From Eledone cirrhosa (taxonomy: Eukaryota), in the NCBI GenBank assembly GCA_964016885.1, contig OZ024741.1:227044001-227108000 (forward strand): 64,000 nt of DNA, given 5' to 3'. The position numbers were made by a program, and so were the translations under genes. This document shows, piece by piece, positions 52,401 through 64,000 of this stretch. Numbering within the stretch: the first letter of the stretch is position 1; every line of letters begins with the position of its first letter. The notes beneath the pieces are model-generated. The model was not told the DNA's origin. It searched no databases and was given only the letters and a program-made list of their open reading frames with translations.

Positions 52401-52403
<3 letters not shown>
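51948..52403 (+). mobile_element. Solo pLTR-like fragment with HHR
   Basis: 52123-52403 is nearly identical to 39423-39704; ends in (TA)n. Confidence 0.8.
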
Positions 52404-52461
<58 letters not shown>

Positions 52462-53040
52462 TCATACATACATACATCATGGCTGCCCCCTCGTTATCGA
52501 GTATGACCATTGTACGATATAACATTATTAATTGTTTCTACTTTAGGCACAAGGCCAGCAATTACCCAGTGCATTACTGGTACTTTATTTTATCGACCCC
52601 GTAAGGATGAAAGGCAAAGTCAACCTCGGCGGGATTTGAACTCAGATCGTAAAGGGACGTAACTCTGCTGGAAAGCATAGCGTCCGACCCTCTACCGATA
52701 CTGCCAATCCACCACCGTTGACACTAAGCAGTTTTCATGTTGCTTCCGTTTTCTATATTTGTTTTATGCTTTACTGAGCTGATCACGTACTTAACTTAAC
52801 TTAGATCACGTACGTTTAATGGCTGGCTTTATTTCTAGTGTAAACATTGAACTTGAATGGCAGCTTATGGCGTGCTTGACTAACATCAAATTAGTAACCA
52901 TTGAATGATATACTGAATTCCAAGCATAGCTTTATCCGTTCCTTAATGACTTAGAAATCATTTACATTTTATATTTAATAATTAATATTTATAGCTTAAG
53001 TATGGATAGGCACTACTTACCTTGCCTATTCAGATGGCTC

Positions 53041-53120
<80 letters not shown>

Positions 53121-53260
53121 CTATCTATCGATCTAACTATCTCTCTCTCTCTCACACACACACATATATATATATATAAATCAAAGAAAGGTAAGGAACC
53201 TGTTCGGATCTAGTTGCCGAAACGGCCGGAGCTTAGCCGTCGGGGTCTTGACTCTTTTCC

Positions 53261-53360
<100 letters not shown>

Positions 53361-53542
53361 GAAGCATTGTGTAATAGTGTAATGTGGAAAGTAGTTTTGT
53401 CTTGGAAGCCGCCCCAATGCAAGGGGGAATGTAAATATTGAGGTAACAAAATCAGATGATGCCTTTCTAGGCCTTTGCGCGACACCTGCCACACAGAGGA
53501 CTAGAAATGTCCTCTCAGATATACGTTCATATTACCAACGGA

Positions 53543-53580
53543 CCCCTTGATAATGGGCAGTTCATGCGAAATATATTGGG
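53543..53580 (+). ncRNA. Hammerhead-like motif, U3:A8 variant, imperfect stem II
   Basis: ccc-TTGATAA-tgggcagttcatgc-GAAA-tata-TT-ggg. Confidence 0.5.
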
Positions 53581-53669
53581 ACTAATAAATATCACCCAGG
53601 TAATACAATCTCTTGCTCTTGACGATTGTCAGGAATAAAATGTTTTGAACATAGTTTTGATTATTGTGT

Positions 53670-53779
<110 letters not shown>

Positions 53780-53849
53780 TGCATACATGTACATACATAC
53801 ATTACATATATACACATATACATACATATATATATACATACACATACAT

Positions 53850-53932
<83 letters not shown>

Positions 53933-54074
53933 AAAAGAATGACCTCACTTGTAGTTCTAAGCAATTTGATTTAATTTTATAATATTATGATTTAACAATT
54001 TCGTTTTATAGATCTACAAAATCAAATTGTAAAATCACACATCACCTTCCCCAAATATAGCTATATATATATAT

Positions 54075-54263
54075 AACGAAGGAAATGTGGTAAGGAACCA
54101 GGTGGACCATAACGCACCAAAGTACTCAATACTTAGGGTAGTAGAGTGGGTAATAGGAACAAGTAAGACCCCGACGGCTGAGCTCAAGCCGTTTCGACGG
54201 CTAATTCTGTACAGAATTAGCCGCTGAAACGGCTTGAGCTCAGCCGTCGGGGTCTTACTTGTT

Positions 54264-54268
<5 letters not shown>
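54075..54268. mobile_element. Fold-back insertion carrying the 3' half of a hammerhead; relatives at 50608-50655 and 53185-53262
   Basis: 116-bp palindrome at 54153-54268; GAAA-cggct/tgagctc/agccg-TC-ggggtc. Confidence 0.7.
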
Positions 54269-54332
<64 letters not shown>

Positions 54333-54914
54333 ATATATATATCTGTGTGGGAGTACAATATTGTTGGGAACAGAGGCAAGAATTTGAGTTGCGGCAATCC
54401 ATCAAAACAGCACGCATGAAGTCGCAGTTAAGAAGACAGTTTACAATATTGTAGGAGGGTAAAATCAGATGAGACGATATGAAGTTAGAGACAATGCGCA
54501 AGAAAACATGGGTGAAAAACACACACCTACATACATACACATATACACACAGATACATAGATGCATGCATATATACATGGATACAAACATATATGCATAC
54601 ATAAAAGAGATATAGAGGAAGAATTGACCCCAGTGTTGGACTGGTACTATATTTAATGTCCTCGAAAAGTCAAAATGAAAGTCAATGTGGACCTCGGCAG
54701 GATTTAAACTCACCGCAGAGAGCCGGAATGAATATCGCAAACCATTCTATTCCCCATTCTAATGATTCTGCCACTTCACCACCTGGTATATAACTATATA
54801 TTTGGTTAATTTCGGTGTCTTGTGGGATTGGTATATTCCCGTATTTTTCTAATTTCTATATTTATCCATGTTTTGGCAAATATACTAGAGATAGTACCAA
54901 ACAAATATTTATTT

Positions 54915-57650
54915 AATATTGCTGTTTAGCCCTGAGATGATCCTAATCCATGAGACCAGCATTAGCTAGAAGGTTTTTCCTCTTTGACGACAATTGGTTG
55001 TGATATTATGGAGGTTTGGTTATTATACTCAGCCCTCTCTTTGGTTTATTCAATATATTTAATTGTTTGTTTGTTTTTGTGAACGTTTTCCATGACAACC
55101 TTCGTCATCAAACGAGGTGTTGCTGTTGTATTCAAACTACAGACGTGTATATTCGATCACTTCATAGAATCAAAAGTGAAGCATTTATTCAAGTTTCCGT
55201 TTCCATTTTACTAATTGCGTGTCAGTGAGAGAATCTCTATGGTATCACTTGATCTGCTAAATTTCCATTAAATCACATACACGCACACACACACACATAC
55301 ACATATACACACACAAGCAACTGTCCAAAAATAGAATAGGTTTGATAAAATAGATCAGAGTGCACTATAGTCTTGTCATTGATCATAGATTTCTTCCGTC
55401 AACATAATTCTCAAGCAGAATCAGCGCAGCACCATTTGTAACGAGCGTGACACGGTTTTGACAGGCGTGACAAGTGCGATACTGTTCGTGATAAGAGTGA
55501 CACAGTTTGCAAGAAGCGTGAAACGGTTTGTGACAAGCCTGAGCATTTGAATTATAGGTAATGATGAGCTTCCATATACTTTCTCGTCTACCTAGTCCCA
55601 CTCATCAGACTAGCGTCAAAATGAATGATGTACATTGAGATCGTGCAGCGAACTTATTAACTACTCCGCCATGCCTGTGCTCAGCTGCTATATTATTCAC
55701 ATAAACCCATACATGCACACGTAAACACATATACGCCCACACAGGCATAAACACACTATGCATTCTCACATGCAAGTGTTGAGACGCTAAGATAAGCCTA
55801 AGCCAGTATCTGAAGGATACAGACCCCAACTCATTCGTCTACGATCGATTCTACAACAATCAAGTGATAACTATAACATGAGTGGAACAATCCCATATTT
55901 CTGCCTTTAATTCTAGATTAATTCCGAAAATATTTCAAGCGAACATTACTAATTAGTTGATTTCACATCTACTGTCGCTTCACTTAACATTCTTCTCACA
56001 TTAAACTTAGTGTGCTGGGTGAACAAATTAGGCTTCCTCTCAGCATTATCTGTTTGTTCTTTATTTAGGTATAGCATTAATTATTCATGGGGAGTGGTGT
56101 AGTCGACTAATCTGACACAAGAGTATTACTCTTTCTCATTTGAGCCAACGAGTTAGCCTTTACTTGGTAACTTGACTTGCTAGAAATAGCCGCCAAATTT
56201 CACTTAAATTTTCACTCTCGTGTCTCGAATGAGAACAAAACACAGGCAATGTAGCCCTATACAACACCTAGAATAGAGGATGGTCATGGTTGGAATGTTC
56301 TTAATCATAGGTCCGCTCATTTGGGATTAATAACTGTTCGTTTTATTTGCTATCGAAAAATTAAAAGAAATGGTTTCCCATATCCCACGCATAATTTGAA
56401 CTCAGATTTAAAGGATGAAAGTAAAAGCTATAAAGCAATTCTACTGTTTATGTTGTTTGTTCCTATTGTTTAGCCCAATGTCAGCCTTGTTCCATTAAAC
56501 CTACGATCCATTGCATTCCAGCCGCGACCATCAGACCTTTTTTTTCAAACAATGTATTTCAAACTGTATTATCTAATGTATCTTTTCTAAGTTCAAGTGG
56601 TAAATGGGGTGGTTTAGTCATTTAATACAACAGTAGGACACGGTACTTATAATCAATATAATCACACATGGATAAATATCTGGTATAGGGAGACCACAAA
56701 GTTGAATAACACCAAGAAATTGACAGGGAAGAAAAGTGAGAAACATAAGGCTGTCTGATTCCCGGGAAAAATGAAGGATAGGAGGGATGTAGGTTACGTC
56801 TTTTGTTGTGTATCTGCGACCTACTTTGTCGACAGAATTTGAAAGGATTATTGAGTGATATTTTTAGCAGATATAACGTCTATACCGAGATTTCTTTGTT
56901 AGTTTATAGTCTATGAAGCTGCAGGTGGCCGAGGCAATATTGTCAGATTATGCAGTGTCTATATTAAAGAAACAACGAAGACACTCTCAGTGGGCCAAGC
57001 TCATCTAATTGTAGATATGTACCATGCGTAAGTACAGCCCCAAGCAGTAACATCAAATGAAGGCCACTGTAAAATTAATGTGTGTTGCTGTTTGGCCCTA
57101 GATTAGCCCTGATTGAGGAGTTCTATGATCACAAACATTCTATGACTAGATTATCCAATATTCCTTTCCTTAGACGGTAGTGTAAAGTTTAACAGTGATT
57201 TGACTATTAATTTTAGTGGAGCAAGCAATCACATAAAGTTTCCCTCGTTGGTTCTATTAATATGTTTCTTTCACATGTATTGAGTAAACATTGTATTCTA
57301 GATCACAAAATCTAGATGCCGATCTTCAACAGTTTGCCTCTAAATCAACACAGCTTTTCAATAGCAGGTTTGAGAGGGAAACCTCTACGTAGTTGCTTGG
57401 TTTGTTAGAAATAGAAATCAAGGTTCTGACAAACCACACCACGCCATTTTGAAAATAGGTTACCTTTGACAACACAGTCCCTACAAATAAATACACCTCA
57501 GTGTCTTAAATCAGGAAGGACTCACTGGAAACAGCAATGCTAGATATACTATGCCTGACAAAAAGATGAAATAGACACGGCTAGGTTGCCTGCGATCACA
57601 GGTCTTTTCGATCATGGCTGACCTGGGTCTAAACACCGCCAACAACAATA
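54915..57650. repeat. Cluster of old interspersed repeat copies
   Basis: Variants of 'tgtttagccc..tcagcc.tgat....acctatgatca...cattccagcc' near 54920, 56280, 56466, 57085, 57600. Confidence 0.55.
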
Positions 57651-58172
57651 AACAAAATATTTGCGTCTTATTGCAGAATATAGGTTCAATTCCTAGTTGA
57701 TCCTGTAGAACAAGCTCATCCTTCCATTGGTCACACACAAATGAAATTATTTCATCCATCATCAAATACTCTCGCTGCCACACTCTCTCACTCTAATAAC
57801 TTTACTTATACATACTGGACAAATTATAAAAGGAGACTGGAATTTCCAACCAGTGAGAAAAGTTATTTTCTCCTTTCCAGATCATTTGGAATCGTATTTT
57901 GCAAGCTTCTTCCCGCCAATGATATTTCGTGCTAGATATATTCTTTCAGACACTATGATTTACGTGACATTAAGACAAAAAAGTATGCTCTAACAAGGTA
58001 TTTGTAACTTTACATCTTAACATAAATACCTCATATTAATTTATTTTCACTGTAATTAATAATAAACACCTGCGATGCTGAAGGCACCCGATGATGTTGA
58101 CCAGTTCCTCTTTTCGGTACATGCTCTCCATGCTCAGAGAGTGGAATTAGTTCTGTGTAATATTGAATAGAA

Positions 58173-58530
58173 CAGCAGTCGCCAACCGGTGGTTGCGGAA
58201 CACTGGTGGTAAAAATTTGGACATTTGCAAATTTTGTTTTATTAATAATAAAGCAAAAATAATATTTGGTTAAAACATATTTTATAACACCCCTAAAATA
58301 TGTTTCTCCCCAGTAAAGAACTAACATCCATGAAAGAATTTTACACATATATATCATCTATCGACAATATGACACACGTACACTTCAGCATTGTTTAATA
58401 AAATCGTAGTTCTCTGATCATTATTTTACAAATGTATTTATCTTCTTTTTTTAAATTCACATTAGTGGTCGGCGGAATTTAAAATTATGAATTTAATGGT
58501 CCGTGAGGTCCGAAAGGTTGGCAACCGCTG
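58173..58530. mobile_element. hAT (Charlie/Buster-type) MITE
   Basis: TIRs CAGCAGTCGCCAACC and GGTTGGCAACCGCTG; 8-bp TSD gaatagaa / gagtagaa. Confidence 0.8.
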
Positions 58531-58769
58531 GAGTAGAATATGTATGTTGGCTTTATTGTTTCCTTGCATTACGTTAATCTTATGTAAGATAAATAAATAA
58601 AATTGGGATTTTTATTTACCGCAGTTCTTGTTATCGATAAACCCTGTTTTGGTTTTCTTAATGATTTCTATATGTTTAACATATCACTAATATCACTAAA
58701 AATGCATTTAACTTGACATAATTTGCACCTGAAATGTTGTTCCTACAGAAATAACCTGTTCTTCGGATT

Positions 58770-59028
58770 TCTCCGGCGGAGTTCTTGCCGTAGTAAGTGT
58801 GGGTATGGTGTGGTGTGCGGTGGGCGGAAGCTGGGGAGTGCTTGACCGGAAGGGTGCTTGGCCGGGAGGGTGCTCGACCGGAAGGGCCAGCAGATCGGTC
58901 TCTCTCTAGTGGTGATCAGGAACGTGTGGGCGTGAGTTTGGCAGCTCCCGGGTGTTAATGAGTTGGACGCACGTGGAAGAGGAGAAACCAGCCATGGGAT
59001 TTAGCTGCGCCTATGAAAAGCGGTAAGT
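58770..59028 (+). promoter_or_regulatory. GC-rich promoter or first-exon candidate; possible coding start MGFSCAYEK(R) at 58994-59022
   Basis: GGGCGG box, repeated CCGGAAG, CACGTG, Kozak gccATGg followed by CG|GTAAGT. Confidence 0.4.
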
Positions 59029-59672
59029 GAGATAGCTTTTTCTAACCACAATAAGTATTCGAAACAGGCGAAAACAGCTGTCACTTTTCTCCTTTTAAAC
59101 GATTTTCCCCTACATACATTGATAGCTTAACATTGGCCTCATCCATTTCACCTGTCCGAGAGAAGACTTATAAAGGTCATGAACATTGCTCCTGTCTCTG
59201 ACGAACTTATACAAATATTGTTTTGAAGTTTTGAGAGAGATGATTTTCCCTTGATAAAATACATGAAACCGAAACCGTTATTAATGATCCAACAAGCTCT
59301 CAAGAGTCATGAACTGTTTCATTCCGTTCATAGCTTTTGTTTATTTCATTATTTTTCTTTCGATCATATCAAATATTGATAAAATAATGTCTTTCAACAT
59401 TAAAAATAAACACTGCTTCCTGAATCCGATCTACATTTATTGACACTTGACATCGTATAACTTACAGATGTAATGGTAAACATCGCAATTTCTAAGAGAA
59501 AACTAAACATATCGAAAAGGAAACAGACCTCCTGCAACTTTCTCTCGGAAAGTAGATTTACGTCTTTACATAAACATGATTAAATAACATGTTTCTCTTT
59601 TCTTTATATCAAATTGGTGCTTATATCTGATATCACGTCATATATATACATACACACACATATATATGTATA

Positions 59673-59708
<36 letters not shown>

Positions 59709-59734
59709 TGTATGTATGTATGTATGTATGTATG

Positions 59735-59806
<72 letters not shown>

Positions 59807-60067
59807 ATAACCCATGCAAACATAGAAAATAGAAATATGACAGTGATGAAGATATATGTGTACACAAACACACACATCGTCGATGGAGTGAATTCACTGA
59901 ATATTTCCGAATAAATGTGAACTCAACTTCTTGTATTAAGAGCGCTTTGATTTTGTTGGCAACACACAAACACACATACATACATGATGATGGCTGCCCC
60001 CTCGTTATCGAGTATGGCCATTGCATGAAAAAACACAACATAATAACGACAATGATAATGCTTTAAT

Positions 60068-60106
<39 letters not shown>

Positions 60107-60139
60107 ACACACACATACATATCTATACACACACACACG

Positions 60140-60385
60140 ATAACAATTAACAGTGCTGCGATCGAATGTGGCTTTTTAGGCCAGCCAATGATCTAAAATG
60201 TCTCGCACAGAGTTGGCAACCAAAACGTTCGCTGGGAATAGCTTGGCATTCTCTACCACATGCTTGGCAGGCATGATGAGTAGCATCTCCAACAGCAGCC
60301 TGGTAGTCAACCACTGGTCTCACTTTATGACTGCGAAGATAACTTTCGAGTCCAGCTTTGCTGAGGCAGAGTCTCGCACAGATGC
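60140..60385 (-). mobile_element. Short copy of the three-C2H2 RTE 3' end
   Basis: Matches 26915-27212 with an internal deletion. Confidence 0.85.
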
Positions 60386-60489
60386 TGCCATACATACATA
60401 CATACATACATACATACATACATACATACATGATGGCTGCCCCCTCGTCATCGAGTATGGCCATTGCACTATATAACATTATCAATAAA

Positions 60490-60985
60490 CCTATCGTGCA
60501 ATGCCGGTGCAGTGAGCCAAACCCACTCTCTGGGCGACAGTAACTATAACCCCAAAAGAAGAAAAGATCAACTACTGAGCCGGAGGTTTTATGTCGGAGT
60601 TATCCCAGTTTCCTGAGTTGCCTACTCCTAGAAGAATGCCCTGACAAAGGCTAGGGGTCCTTCACTCCTAGTGGTTCAACCGCGCGATCGAGTATCCCTC
60701 CCGATTATTTCTATGTCCCCGCGCATATACACACATATGTATACATGCATACATATAAACATACACACATGCATATACATATTTACACCTTTTGGGATGA
60801 CCATTGACTCTTATGAATTATTCCACCCTTTGTCAGGTTTTGTTTTTTGTCCTGCAGGGTGTCCAAAATTACCCTCCTCACCAAGTAAACTTGGTGGGGT
60901 TGCCGGTTTAGTCACCAACGAGCTGACCATGCGACAGATTGTACTGGGTTACATGTTACCAGTAGCACTCAAGAGTGACCCGACA
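60490..60985 (-). mobile_element. Structured interspersed repeat, probably an RTE-type 5' region; second copy at 63427-63797
   Basis: Shared 'cagggtgtccaaa..accctcctcac.aag.aa.cttggtgggg..gttaccagtagcactca.gag.gacc' blocks. Confidence 0.55.
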
Positions 60986-60999
60986 TATACATACATACA

Positions 61000-61505
61000 T
61001 AATGGCTGCAAACACGTGTTCGAGGATTGTCATCACCTGATAAAATGCTCGAAAATGTGAGGCACGAATGTGGCTCTTCTAACCACATTCAGGCACATGT
61101 ATGCAACTGTAGACTCCTCTGGGACTTTCCACTGTTTGGTTCTGACTGTGTGTTCTCATATATCTTTTAAGACCTCCCATACTTGCACATTTCTTGCCAC
61201 ATTCCCTACACCTTTTTAGATCCTGAGGTCTACTGCTATGACTTTGTTCATGTTTAATCAAACCAGCTTTGCTCAGGCAGACTCAACTACAGTGCTGGCA
61301 AACCAGATGTTGCCCAACTGCAGGCAGTTCAGAACAATCCCTTTTCCTCACCTTCCTTTTCAGTGTTTGGTTTTCCCCTAGACGAGTTTCAAAGTGCTCT
61401 CTTCCTGACTTGATCAAACAACCCCATTTCTCACGACACTCAGCCATTTTCTCCCATTCATCAGATGAAATTTCAGCGCAATCCAAGGTGCCCCTGACAC
61501 AGTCA
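61000..61505 (-). mobile_element. RTE 3' fragment with C2H2 fingers
   Basis: WEKMAECREKW, CQHC..LSKAGL, CRECGKKCASMGGLKRYMRTH. Confidence 0.75.
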
Positions 61506-62210
61506 TACATAGGTGAGACAGCTCAAAGCATAGGAGAGGGAATAGACCAACACTGGGGGGAACTAAAAGTACAAAACGACAGTTCGGTACTAAATGAACA
61601 CGCTAGACAAAGACATGATGGTAATATAGACAACATGGAAATTAAAATAATATCTAAACATAGAAATGACTCAAGTAAACAAATCAGAGAAGCAATTGAA
61701 ATAGAACTGAGAAGACCAAAGTTGAGCAGAAAAAATTAATGGAATAACAACAACCATACACAAACACACAATACTTACCTAAGGTAAATATAAATAAATA
61801 AATAAATATACACAAGTATAATAACAACAACCACACATAAACACACACTAGTGAACAAAGAATACAAACACGGGCAGACTCAAACACGAACTCACACACG
61901 CAAACACACAAATGAATAAATAAAAATGGCGTAGACATTACAATACAACGGGAGGAAACATAATAGTACAACTGATGGCGTCGCAGGTGTGTGATGAAAG
62001 AATTTTGATAGACTATATATATATATATTTATATCTGTATTTTTAACCGTTGGTCAATCAATGATAAACATTGATTGCCAAATAAATTAACTATGGAGAT
62101 AAAAAGATACAGAAGCGAAAACCAACCCCAACCAAACAATGAGTGTGTTTTCTTATTATTTCTGGCCATATTATAACAATGTGACCCTCCCCAAATATAA
62201 CAATATGTTT
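61500..62210 (+). mobile_element. PLE 3' fragment: GIY-YIG end and degenerate HHR (about 61972-62010)
   Basis: YIGETAQS..H..NEH..REAIEIELRRPKL; CTGATGG..GAAA; tail matches 30-200. Confidence 0.8.
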
Positions 62211-62263
62211 CAACACACGATTTCATATCAAAATCCTTGCAAAACATATTCATATATATAATC

Positions 62264-62375
<112 letters not shown>

Positions 62376-62617
62376 AAACATAGACATACATACAAATGTA
62401 TATTATACGATCCATGATGAAATGAACTCGTCTTTAATATAGCTTTGAAATATCCCAGAGGTATTAATTAATTCTTGAAAAGACCGTATTCAAAAAGAAA
62501 ATATTTACTTCTAGTATGAGTTATTACGATATGATATATCTTTACATAATTATATATATATGTGTGTGTGTGTGTATGCATACATATACATATATGTATA
62601 TACACATATATAGAAAT

Positions 62618-62685
<68 letters not shown>

Positions 62686-62933
62686 GATCGAGTATCGAAA
62701 AATCGGCGCACGAGTTCACGATAAACAAGATTCGAAATGAGCGGCAGAGGGCTCAATAATTCAGATGAATCAGAGCTATAACCATCGTTAAAATACCGAC
62801 ACATATAGAACAAGTCTACAATCAACCATACGATAAAAAATCGATAATAGAAGATTCGGGACAAACAGATAAAAAATATCAATAAAACAATACGTCAATA
62901 ATTTAAATGAATGTAAAATGAATGTAAAATCAT

Positions 62934-63426
62934 ATATATATAGTATATTTGACAATATACTGTATGCTTAATTAAAAACATTTTGAAGACCTTGCGCTAT
63001 TATTTTAAAGTAGTGACTATGTCACTTACTTCTTTTTTCAACAAACAAAGGGAGATAAGCTGACAGATCTGTTTCATACTGTTGGTAATCATCAGAGCTT
63101 AGCACTCGCCGATGCCTGTTGAAAATTATAGATGTTGGATTCTTATAGAATTCCAGTAATAATCAGGAACTATTATACAGAGCGATTGCCGGTCCAGCAA
63201 AAATTGAAAATTAGAATTGGTGCTCTGAAATAGCGATAATACAGTATATTGCCAAATATACTATATATATATTCATATATACATCGCTATTTCAGAGCAC
63301 CAATTCTAATTTTCAATTTTTGCTGGACCGGAAATCGCTCTGTATAATCAGTTCCTGATTATTACTGGAATTCTATAAGAATCCAACATCTATAATTGTC
63401 AGCAGGCATCGGTGAGTGCTAAGCTC
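62934..63426. mobile_element. Second copy of the ORF-less HHR element, with two inverted partial copies
   Basis: Homologous to 42308-42610; arms 63095-63237 / 63283-63426 and 62941-62965 / 63239-63263. Confidence 0.8.
63056..63101 (-). ncRNA. Canonical type-I hammerhead ribozyme
   Basis: taagct-CTGATGA-t.tac/caaca/gta.t-GAAA-cagatctg-TC-agctta. Confidence 0.9.
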
Positions 63427-63795
63427 GACCAATCCCACTCGCTGAGCATCGCAAACATTACCCAAAAAGGAGAACTAGTCAACATCATCGGATGCTTTCG
63501 AAACCGCAGGGTTTTTTTGTTTTGATTTTTGGTTCAGAGTTTCCCTCTCTTAGAAAGGTGTTGTGACAACAACTGCGGGCCTTTCACTCCTAGGCAAATA
63601 AAAAGAAAAGTACTATTTGGATGGCCGTTGACTCTGCTGAGTTCCTCCGCCCTTCGCCAAGTCTTGTATTTCATCCTACAGGGTGTCCAAATATCACCCT
63701 CCTCACTAAGCAAGCTTGGTGGGGTCGCCGACGACCCGACCATGAGACAGGTTGCAGTGGGTTACGTGTTACCAGTAGCACTCATGAGCGACCTG

Positions 63796-63829
<34 letters not shown>

Positions 63830-64000
63830 ACGCACACATGTATTTTGTGACATAATCACAGCTCTTTATAAATTCATAGCGAAGCTTCAAGGATATTTAT
63901 TTTATTTACATGAACATTTCCATTATGATTCAATATTCAAACCAGGTCGTCTTAATAACGTTATGTCAGAGCATCACTACCTCATGTTAATTCGATCCCT

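Noticed and set aside
55383-55601. Cys/His-rich ORF resembling a metal-binding peptide
   Set aside because: Arises from a degenerate ~21-bp minisatellite (cgtgacacggtttgtgacaag)
59195-59285. CTGACGA and TTGATAA..GAAA motifs
   Set aside because: No supporting stems

Overview
AT-rich eukaryotic DNA made almost entirely of microsatellites and decayed retrotransposons. The SINE and LINE repertoire suggests an octopus or other cephalopod genome (inference). No intact host gene is recognisable. The first 22 kb is a nested cluster of non-LTR retrotransposons separated by (TTA/TAA)n tracts: two Tx1/L1-clade elements, two divergent R4/Dong-type RLE elements, two orphan L1-type 5' ends, and RTE and SINE pieces. 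From 22 to 64 kb there are many Penelope-like element (PLE) fragments, RTE fragments with tandem C2H2 fingers, tRNA-derived SINEs, two MITEs, a 23-bp tandem array and two CpG-rich promoter-like patches. The most notable signal is non-coding: about a dozen complete, partial or degenerate type-I hammerhead ribozyme (HHR) motifs. Many sit inside fold-back structures between (TA)n tracts. One small ORF-less family has two copies showing compensatory C3:G8 versus U3:A8 core covariation. Other notable points are a splice donor overlapping the ORF1 end in both Tx1 elements, which could fuse ORF1 in frame to ORF2, and a tandem array that appears to be copied from the end of an adjacent perfect hairpin. 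All alignments were done by eye and coordinates are approximate.
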